NCBI GenBank assembly: GCA_964421865.1
Contig: CAYQZH010000003.1
Location: 1-50,523 of the forward strand
Reading direction: 5' to 3'
Source: an uncultured Phycisphaera sp.
Lineage (GTDB): Bacteria; Planctomycetota; Phycisphaerae; UBA1845
Length of the DNA stretch: 50,523 bases
Part shown: positions 8,596-15,650 of the stretch, piece after piece
Position numbering within the stretch: position 1 is the stretch's first letter
Layout of the letters: the number at the start of each line of letters is the position of its first letter
Translations under genes and position numbers: made by a program
Notes under the pieces: model-generated
The model's database searches: none
Seen by the model: the letters and a program-made list of their open reading frames with translations, nothing else
Told to the model about the DNA's origin: nothing

Positions 8596-9972
8596 GTGAA
8601 GACGTCGGGTGAAACGCGGGTATCGTTCGTCTCCTTGGGGTGCGCCAAGAACGTGGTGGACTCCGAGAAAATGCTGGGCCAATTGGCCGAGGCGGGCTGC
8701 GCGATCACGGCGGACGAGGACGACGCCGAGGTCACGGTCATCAACACCTGCGGGTTCCTGGAGGCCTCACGCACCGAGGCCGATGAGGTCATCCGCGAGG
8801 CCGTGGCGCGGAAGCGCAACGGCGTTCTCAAGCGAGTGGTCGTGGCCGGGTGTCTGGTCCAGCGCGACAAAGAGGCGATCCTTGAACGGATCAAGGGCGT
8901 CGATGCGTTGGTCGGGGTCAATAACCGCGACGACATCGTCCGGGCGGTGCTCGGGACCAACGGCAAGAAGGCCAAGCGGACGACCGACATCTACCTTTCG
9001 GACTACCATCCCTTCACACAGCTCGACACGGCGCGGCTGCGGATTACGCCGCGGCATTACGCCTACCTTCGGATCAGCGAGGGGTGCGACCAGAAATGCA
9101 CCTTCTGCACGATCCCGTCGATTCGCGGCCGGATGCACTGCAAGCCGCTGGAGGTCGTCCTCGCGGAGGCGCGGGAGCTGGTCAGCGACGGGGCCGTAGA
9201 GATTAGTCTGATCGGGCAAGACACGACCAGCTACGGCATGGGCGAGGACAAGCTGGACGGGGGACTCGCCGGACTTCTACGGCAACTGAATACCGTCGAT
9301 GGACTACGCTGGCTCCGACTGATGTATGTCTATCCGTCGGTGCTCAGCGATGAGATGATCGACGCGATCGCCGAGTGCGATCACGTTTGCAAATACATCG
9401 ACGTTCCACTCCAACACGTCAACGACCATATTCTCAAGGCCATGCACCGCCGCGTGGACCGGGCGGGTACGGAACGGTTGCTGCAGAAGATTCGCGATCG
9501 GGTTCCCGGTGTGGCCGTCCGTACCACGCTCATCGCAGGTTTCCCCGGTGAAACCGACGAGCAGGTGGCGGAGTTGGTCGAGTTCCTCAAGGCCTTCCGC
9601 TTCGACGCGCTGGGCGTGTTTCCGTATTCGTTGGAGCCGGAGACGCCGGCGGGCCGGATGTCGGGCCAAGTCCCGGAGGCGGTGAAGCAGGAGCGCGTGG
9701 ACACACTGATGCGTGTCCAACAGGATGTCGCCTTCGCCCTGGCGGACGAGCGCGTCGGTCGGGAGTTCGAGGTACTGGTGGACGAGCGCGTCCAGCCGGG
9801 CGTGGTCGCGGCCCGTCATCAGGGTCAGGCCCCGGCGGTGGACAGTGTAACCTACGTCGAATCGCGCGAGCCCCGTTCCGGAGACTTCCTCACCGTGCGT
9901 TGCGTTGAACGTCAGGACTATGATCTAATCGCAAGGCCGACCCAGATCGCCCTGCCGGTCCTGGCCGGGTGA
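8596..9972 (+). CDS. rimO: ribosomal protein S12 methylthiotransferase RimO (radical SAM, MiaB family)
   Basis: N-terminal VSFVSLGCAKNVVDSEKMLGQL, radical-SAM cluster CDQKCTFCTIP, C-terminal TRAM-like domain. 458 aa. Confidence 0.85.
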   Translation: MKTSGETRVSFVSLGCAKNVVDSEKMLGQLAEAGCAITADEDDAEVTVINTCGFLEASRTEADEVIREAVARKRNGVLKRVVVAGCLVQRDKEAILERIKGVDALVGVNNRDDIVRAVLGTNGKKAKRTTDIYLSDYHPFTQLDTARLRITPRHYAYLRISEGCDQKCTFCTIPSIRGRMHCKPLEVVLAEARELVSDGAVEISLIGQDTTSYGMGEDKLDGGLAGLLRQLNTVDGLRWLRLMYVYPSVLSDEMIDAIAECDHVCKYIDVPLQHVNDHILKAMHRRVDRAGTERLLQKIRDRVPGVAVRTTLIAGFPGETDEQVAELVEFLKAFRFDALGVFPYSLEPETPAGRMSGQVPEAVKQERVDTLMRVQQDVAFALADERVGREFEVLVDERVQPGVVAARHQGQAPAVDSVTYVESREPRSGDFLTVRCVERQDYDLIARPTQIALPVLAG

Positions 9973-10113
9973 CGCGAGGTCCGGGGACCAGAGTTTGTGC
10001 CGCGGGTTCGGCAACCCTGGGTTGATGGCCAAAACGCCTTGAGCGTTGGGCTGGGGCCCGGCGCGCCGGGAGAAAGTCGGTTCCACAAGAGCAATGCGTT
10101 TTTCAACGGGCGG

Positions 10114-10635
10114 TTAGCTTTTCCCGCTGACGAGTTTCCGGGTGTTGCTTTCGAGCTTCTTCACGTCCCCGGAGCCGAGATCGACGTCCACGACGACGCC
10201 TGCGCGATCGATCCACAAGACGGTCGGAATGATCCCGTCCGGGACGCGGTACTGCTCGATGGTTTTCCCTCCTTCGAGGAGTACGCGTTGATTGAGCTTG
10301 TTCTGCTCGACGAATTGTTTGAGAATCTCCTTGTCCTCGTCCCAGGCGTTGACGGCCAGGACCACCAGTCCGTCCTTCTTGTACTGCTCGGCGATGCGGC
10401 TGATGTGCGGAGCCTCCGCACGGCAGGGCGGTCAGCGATAGGCGAAGAAGGCCAGAAGGACCGGCTTGCCGCGCTGATCGCTGAGGCGGACCTTGGCCCC
10501 ATCGAGGGCGGTTAACACAAAGTCCGGCGCGGGCTTGTTCTTCACCTGGGCGGCGAATCGACGTTCGGCCGCCCCCGCGCACCCGGCCAGACCCAGGATG
10601 GTCAAAACCGCCGCAGTCCGGTAAACCCTCCACAT
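10114..10635 (-). CDS. TlpA/ResA-like thiol:disulfide oxidoreductase lipoprotein, probable selenoprotein (UPPC redox motif; UGA at 10432..10434 read as Sec)
   Basis: ORFs 10432..10635 and 10114..10365 are in the same frame and separated by one TGA. Read-through gives GKPVLLAFFAYR-U-PPCRAEAPHISRIAEQYKKDGLVVLAVNAW..., collinear with the canonical FWATWCPPCRAE of TlpA/ResA. Lipobox LGLAGC at the N-terminus. Confidence 0.7.
10405..10421 (-). promoter_or_regulatory. SECIS-like hairpin downstream of the in-frame UGA
   Basis: mRNA GUGCGGA-GGC-UCCGCAC, a perfect 7-bp stem with a G-rich apex. It starts 10 nt 3' of the UGA at 10432..10434. Confidence 0.55.
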
Positions 10636-10935
10636 CTCAATCTCTCCCTCGAGTATCCACAGACCGGCGCGCCGACATCACGAGACGCCGCAACCGCGCC
10701 GTCGAATGCTAACCGGCGTATCTGTCGGCCGCAACACCGTTTCATTGTCGCTTGTGACGGGACTAGCGATGAGGTACAATGCCCGCCGTTCCATCCGGGG
10801 GATCGGGCCGATCGTTTGACGGCCGGCGTTGAGCCGTCCGGCGAACATAGAGGCGACGGTGCGATCGCGGACCACTGCTCAACGCGCCCGCCGACGGGCT
10901 GCAACCGAGGGGTTCCAATTCGGGAGGTGAAAACA

Positions 10936-12159
10936 ATGATTCTGGGCAATGCACGAATTCAGCGGCGGAGCCGTTGTGGAGTGTGCGTGGGGATTACGTT
11001 GGCCGGTCTGGCGTCCGGCCTTCCCGCTGCGGCGCAATCGGATCAGGACCAGACCACGCCGACGGGTTGGTGGTGGCTGACGAACGCCACGAGCGACCAG
11101 GTGAACGAACGGGTCAACCCCGGGTTTCGCATCACGGACCTCGAGGTCGTCCAGGCCTCGCCGCTCCGTTTCAACGCGGCCTTCGTCGAAAACTCCGGCG
11201 CGTACAACAAGGGGTGGTGGTGGTACTACAACGCGGATGTGCAGTTTCTCGATAACGCCTTGAGCAGTAACAACCCGCGGTTGATCGACCTGGAGCGCTA
11301 CGAGATCAACGGGCAGGAGTATTTCGCCGCGGTGATGATCAGCAACACGGGCGCCGAAAACCATCCGTTACTCGACGACGCAGAATGTCTCACTTGCTAT
11401 GAAACAGTACAGGTCGATGAACGGTGTCAGGACCGAGGGACGCATCTCCGTTTTCGAGCGATGGTTTGGGAGTACATGGAGTTTACGAGCGATCGGACGA
11501 TGGAGCGTAACGCGGAACGAAGACGCAAGGCATGTGAAGCGATTGAGCGGCGACAAGACCGGGCAAAGCGTGAGGGCAAGGAATGCTATCTACCACCGTA
11601 TTATGACCCGACGCGACCGGGGAGCCCTTGCGAAACCGAAGAGGAACGCGAGGGCGAGGAATACTGTCGAGGGCTGAAACTCTGTGAGAAATACGCCAAG
11701 CTGGCGATGATTCACGACCGCCTGGGCGTCACGTCGCAGCCGATCAACCCGTTTGAGGGTGACGGCGAAGCGGCCGTGGAGGGGTCGCCACGATATGCGA
11801 TGTGGTATCTCGCCGACTGCGAACAAATCGACCGTTATTCCGACGACGATCATCCGCGAGTCGTTCGATTCTGCCGAGAGGTAGCGAAGCATTTGAACGT
11901 GGACGCGCCGGACATTCCTGCACGACCGCCCGGCGACGGGCAAGGCGGGGTTGACTTGAATGTAACCAACAAAACGGAGATCATCATGGGTGATAAGTAC
12001 GAGAATGTGCAAGGATCAACGGTCGTCAGTCGATCCGAGGTCAAAGGCTCGGTCTACCGGACACGTGACGACCACTCGACGAAAGGGGCGACGGGCGGGG
12101 TGTGGAAGTGGCTTACGACCGTCGCTTGGCGCGGCATCAAGAACCGTTTGGGTTGGTGA
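10936..12159 (+). CDS. secreted hypothetical protein with two W-rich tandem repeats and a Cys/charge-rich C-terminal half
   Basis: ATG at 10936 preceded by GGGAGGTG. Signal peptide ...GITLAGLASGLPAAAQ. Two ~50-aa repeats starting GWWW (GWWWLTNATSDQVNERVNPGFRITDLE... / GWWWYYNADVQFLDNALSSNNPRLIDLE...). Confidence 0.6.
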   Translation: MILGNARIQRRSRCGVCVGITLAGLASGLPAAAQSDQDQTTPTGWWWLTNATSDQVNERVNPGFRITDLEVVQASPLRFNAAFVENSGAYNKGWWWYYNADVQFLDNALSSNNPRLIDLERYEINGQEYFAAVMISNTGAENHPLLDDAECLTCYETVQVDERCQDRGTHLRFRAMVWEYMEFTSDRTMERNAERRRKACEAIERRQDRAKREGKECYLPPYYDPTRPGSPCETEEEREGEEYCRGLKLCEKYAKLAMIHDRLGVTSQPINPFEGDGEAAVEGSPRYAMWYLADCEQIDRYSDDDHPRVVRFCREVAKHLNVDAPDIPARPPGDGQGGVDLNVTNKTEIIMGDKYENVQGSTVVSRSEVKGSVYRTRDDHSTKGATGGVWKWLTTVAWRGIKNRLGW

Positions 12160-12186
12160 TGTAGACGACCGGGGGGTGCAGCTTCG

Positions 12187-13296
12187 ATGGCCTTGACGAT
12201 CTATCGTAAAGCGGACGCCGAGCGAGGCGCGTTGCACGGCCGGCGCGTGGCGATGATCGGGTATGGCAATCAGGGCCGGGCCCACGCGCTCAACCTCCGC
12301 GACTCCGGCATCGACGTGGTCGTCGGTCAACGCCCCGGCAAGAGCTACGACGCGGCGCGGGCCGATGGGTTCGAGCCGTGCTCCGTTGCCGATGTGGTTG
12401 CGAACGCCGAGCTCATCATTCTCACCTTGCCCGATGAGTCCGCATCGGAGGTCTATGCGGCGCAGATCGGTCCCACACTTCGACCGACTGGGAAGTCGGT
12501 CCCACACTCCGGGCGGACGCTGGGGTTCGTCCACGGATTCAACATCCGTTTCGCGTTCATCCAGCCGCCGGGCGACGTTGACGTGGTGATGGTCGCCCCG
12601 AAAGGCCCTGGGTCGCTGCTTCGGTCGTTGTACGTCGAGGGCAAGGGACTTCCCGCGTTGATGGCGATTCATCAGGACGCGAGCGGATCGGCCAAGCGGA
12701 CCGCCCTGGCCTGGGCCGACGCCATCGGCAGCACCCGCGCGGGCGTCGTCGAATCCACCTTCGCCGCCGAGACCGAAACCGACCTCTTCGGCGAACAGGT
12801 CGTCCTCTGCGGCGGCGTGACGGCGCTGACCAAGGCCGCCTTCGAGACCCTGGTCGAAGCCGGTTATCAACCCGAGTTCGCCTACCTCGAATGCGTTCAC
12901 GAGCTGAAGCAAATCGTGGACCTGATCTACGAACGAGGCCTGAGCGGTATGCGCGAGCGAATCTCCAACACCGCTGAATACGGCGACCTCACCCGCGGCC
13001 CGAGGCTTATCACCGAAGAGACCCGCCGGGAGATGAGGCGCATTCTCGACGAGGTTCGCAGCGGCGCCTTCGCCAAGGAATGGATCGCCGAGCATCGTAG
13101 CGGCGGCAAGAACTTCAAGAAGCTCCACGACGCCGACGTAGACACCCTCTACGAACAAGCGGGCAAGACCGTCCGTTCGCTGATGCCCTGGCTCGCGAAG
13201 CCGGTGCTGCGCGGTGAAGATCGTCCGTCAGATTCGACAATCGACAATCGCCAATCGACAATGGGCGAATGGCGACTTGGCGGGCCGATCGACTAA
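12187..13296 (+). CDS. ilvC: ketol-acid reductoisomerase (class I)
   Basis: VAMIGYGNQGRAHALNLRDSG, FVHGFNIRF, ETETDLFGEQVVLCGG, LECVHELKQIVDLIYE. Carries an unusual ~30-aa C-terminal tail that runs through a heptamer repeat. Confidence 0.9.
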   Translation: MALTIYRKADAERGALHGRRVAMIGYGNQGRAHALNLRDSGIDVVVGQRPGKSYDAARADGFEPCSVADVVANAELIILTLPDESASEVYAAQIGPTLRPTGKSVPHSGRTLGFVHGFNIRFAFIQPPGDVDVVMVAPKGPGSLLRSLYVEGKGLPALMAIHQDASGSAKRTALAWADAIGSTRAGVVESTFAAETETDLFGEQVVLCGGVTALTKAAFETLVEAGYQPEFAYLECVHELKQIVDLIYERGLSGMRERISNTAEYGDLTRGPRLITEETRREMRRILDEVRSGAFAKEWIAEHRSGGKNFKKLHDADVDTLYEQAGKTVRSLMPWLAKPVLRGEDRPSDSTIDNRQSTMGEWRLGGPID

Positions 13297-13385
13297 CCCA
13301 ACTCCCTCCCTACCTTTTCGTCGAGATCGACCGGAGGAAGCGAAAGGCGATCGCCGCAGGCCGGGACGCGATCATCTCCGGCGCC
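13232..13385 (+). repeat. copy A of the diverged ilvC-3'/dapL-5' junction duplication
   Basis: Hand alignment to 14091..14244 gives ~72% nt identity. Both have the same heptamer tract followed by an ATG-initiated frame. Confidence 0.8.
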
Positions 13386-13427
13386 GCGCCCTTGACTCGT
13401 GCCGCGCCCGATGTTAGCATCTTATAA
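13269..13427 (+). pseudogene. 5' relic of an LL-diaminopimelate aminotransferase gene (52 codons)
   Basis: Translates MATWRADRLTQLPPYLFVEIDRRKRKAIAAGRDAIISGA..., versus MTAWRAQRLAELPPYLFVEIDRRKREAIAADRDVIDFGV at the start of the intact gene at 14128. Similarity is lost after ~13385 and the frame stops at 13427. Confidence 0.7.
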
Positions 13428-13430
13428 GAT
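13392..13430 (+). promoter_or_regulatory. putative TA promoter with operator-like palindrome
   Basis: TTGACT (13392-13397), 17-nt spacer, TAGCAT (13415-13420). A perfect 12-nt palindrome ATCTTATAAGAT (13419-13430) overlaps the -10. SD AAAGGAGG lies just downstream. Confidence 0.45.
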
Positions 13431-13460
13431 GCGTATAGAGTGCTTAGCAAAGGAGGCCCC

Positions 13461-13754
13461 ATGATGTATGATCTGACCCGGGACATTCGCCCCCTCACCG
13501 ATTTTAAGCGGAAGACCGCGGCCTTCACGAAGCAACTCAAGAAGACAGGGCAACCGCTTGTGCTCACCGTGAACGGCAAGGCTGAACTCGTCGTGCACGA
13601 CGTGACGTCCTATCAGAAACTGCGGGAGATGATCGAGCGGGCCGAGGCCGTCGCCGGAATCCGAAAAGGGCTGGAGTCCTTCAAGCGGGGGAAAGGCATC
13701 CCGCTCGGGCGGACGGACCAACGGATTCGTCGAAAGTATGGCATACCGCGTTGA
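13461..13754 (+). CDS. type II antitoxin, Phd/YefM family
   Basis: ATG at 13461 follows AAAGGAGG. MMYDLTRDIRPLTDFKRKTAAFTKQLKKTGQPLVLTVNGKAELVVHDVTSYQKL is a typical Phd/YefM N-domain. Overlaps the toxin start by 17 nt. Confidence 0.8.
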   Translation: MMYDLTRDIRPLTDFKRKTAAFTKQLKKTGQPLVLTVNGKAELVVHDVTSYQKLREMIERAEAVAGIRKGLESFKRGKGIPLGRTDQRIRRKYGIPR

Positions 13755-14073
13755 GCTTTCCCCGGAAGCGGACCGAGAGATCGAGGAGGCCTACCGGTGG
13801 ATCGCGGCGGCGTCGCCAAGGGGTGCCCATGGCTGGTTCAACGGCCTCATGGACGCTCTACGCTCGCTCAGCGATTTCCCCCAGCGCTGCCCACCGGCCC
13901 CGGAGAGTGACGCCTTCGTTGAGAATATCCGCCAACTGCTCCACGGGCGACGGCAACATCGCTACCGCGCGCTGTTTGTGATCCACGGAAAGACCGTCCA
14001 AGTCCTTCACATCCGCCACGGCGCTCGCAGACATCTCGGTTCTTCAGCGGACGTTCCGACTGAAGACGAATAA
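13738..14073 (+). CDS. type II toxin, ParE/RelE family
   Basis: MAYRVELSPEADREIEEAYRWIA...FPQRCPP...HRYRALFVIHGKTVQVLHIRHGARR, the canonical ParE/RelE pattern. 111 aa. Confidence 0.85.
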   Translation: MAYRVELSPEADREIEEAYRWIAAASPRGAHGWFNGLMDALRSLSDFPQRCPPAPESDAFVENIRQLLHGRRQHRYRALFVIHGKTVQVLHIRHGARRHLGSSADVPTEDE

Positions 14074-14090
14074 GCAACCTGGGGCGGACA

Positions 14091-14244
14091 ATTCGACAAT
14101 CAACAACCGCCAATCGACAATGTCAGGATGACGGCTTGGCGCGCTCAACGGCTAGCAGAACTCCCACCATACTTGTTCGTAGAGATTGATCGTCGAAAGC
14201 GAGAGGCGATCGCGGCCGATCGAGACGTGATCGACTTCGGCGTC
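14091..14244 (+). repeat. copy B of the diverged ilvC-3'/dapL-5' junction duplication
   Basis: Homologous to 13232..13385. Contains the functional start of the aminotransferase gene. Confidence 0.8.
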
Positions 14245-15309
14245 GGCGATCCCGATCAACCGACGCCCGGCTTCATCGTGGATCGCATGGCCGACGCGAT
14301 CCGCAGACCGGGCAATCATCACTACGCCTTGGGCGTCGGCGGGATCGAGTTCCGCAACGCCGTTGCGGACTTCTTTGTCCGCCGATTCGGAGTCAAGCTC
14401 GACCCGAAAACGGAGGTCGTCGCCCTGTTGGGGTCCAAGGAGGGTATAGGCCACCTTCCCACCGCCGTCGTCAACCCCGGCGAAACGGCGCTCATTCCCG
14501 ATCCCGGCTATCCGGTCTACACCGGCGGAACCATCTTCGCGGGCGGCAAGTGCCACACCATGTCCCTACGCGAATCGAACGGCTGGCTGCCGGTTCTCGG
14601 CGATGTCCCAGCCGAGGTTCGCCGCAGCGCGAAACTGATGTTTCTGAATTATCCGAACAATCCGACGGCCGCCTGCGCACCGCTCTCGTTTTTTGGGGAG
14701 GCCGTCGCCTTTGCGCAGGAACACCACATCTTGATCGCCCAGGACGCCGCCTACAGCGAGGTCTATTTTGACCCCGACCGACCGCCGCCGAGCATCTTAC
14801 AGGTCGACGGCGCCAAGGAGGTGGCCGTCGAGTTCCATTCGTTGTCCAAGACTTTCAACATGACCGGCTGGCGGATCGGCTTCGCGGTGGGCAACGCCGA
14901 CGCCCTCGCTGCTCTCGCCAAGGTGAAGAACAACATGGACTCCGGGGTCTTCGGCGCCGTCCAGGAAGCGGGCGTCGAGGCCCTCACCGGCATTCGCCGG
15001 GCGGAGGTCCTCGCGCACATCGGCCCCGACGGAACCTACCGCCGCCGACGCGACGTGCTGGTCGCCGGCCTGCGCGAATCCGGCTGGTCCGTCGCCTCGC
15101 CGCAGGCCACCTTCTACGTTTGGGCGAAATGTCCCGGCGGGCGGGATTCGTTGACCGTCGCCTCACGGGTGCTCGACGACGCGGACGTGGTCCTCATTCC
15201 GGGAATCGGGTTCGGGCAACGCGGCGAAGGTTACGTCCGCTTCGCCCTCACCGTCGATGAGTCCCGCACCGCCAAGGCCGTCGAACGCATCGCGCGGTTG
15301 AAATGGTGA
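14128..15309 (+). CDS. dapL: LL-diaminopimelate aminotransferase-type class I aminotransferase
   Basis: 393 aa. N-terminal LPPYLFVEIDRRK...VIDFGVGDPD. PLP-lysine region FHSLSKTFNMTGWRIG. Confidence 0.75.
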   Translation: MTAWRAQRLAELPPYLFVEIDRRKREAIAADRDVIDFGVGDPDQPTPGFIVDRMADAIRRPGNHHYALGVGGIEFRNAVADFFVRRFGVKLDPKTEVVALLGSKEGIGHLPTAVVNPGETALIPDPGYPVYTGGTIFAGGKCHTMSLRESNGWLPVLGDVPAEVRRSAKLMFLNYPNNPTAACAPLSFFGEAVAFAQEHHILIAQDAAYSEVYFDPDRPPPSILQVDGAKEVAVEFHSLSKTFNMTGWRIGFAVGNADALAALAKVKNNMDSGVFGAVQEAGVEALTGIRRAEVLAHIGPDGTYRRRRDVLVAGLRESGWSVASPQATFYVWAKCPGGRDSLTVASRVLDDADVVLIPGIGFGQRGEGYVRFALTVDESRTAKAVERIARLKW

Positions 15310-15511
15310 CCATCGGCCCAACGACGCCTTAAACCGCTCTTGCCCGACGGCACGCACTCATCCATCCATCGCACCGGGGTTGACTCCATGCCGGCGTCAC
15401 GACGGACCGCGTTTCGGTTATCGGGCGACGGTTGGCACATGATTGAAAATCATGCGCTGAGTTTTCCGGCTCCGGCGTTATAATCAGCGACACTTCCAAC
15501 AGGTCTGGAAG

Positions 15512-15650
15512 CGGAGAGAAGAACATGCGCATTCGATTGGTCATCGGTTCGTTGATCGCACTCGTGGCCGTCGCACCCTCGCTGGGTGAGACGCCCTTGA
15601 GCACGGCCTTTACTTATCAGGGACAACTCAAACAGGGCGGCGTCCCGCTC
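15512..15650 (+). repeat. shared RBS plus leader module, copy 1
   Basis: 139 nt (13 nt upstream plus the first 42 codons) with 13 mismatches versus 18473..18611 by hand alignment. Confidence 0.85.

Noticed and set aside
10057-10070. 14-nt perfect GC palindrome CCCGGCGCGCCGGG between convergent rimO and the redoxin gene, as a bidirectional terminator
   Set aside because: It has no loop and no flanking T/A tracts. It is too weak to call.
12016-13158. 380-aa minus-strand ORF
   Set aside because: It is antisense to ilvC, which has unambiguous KARI motifs.
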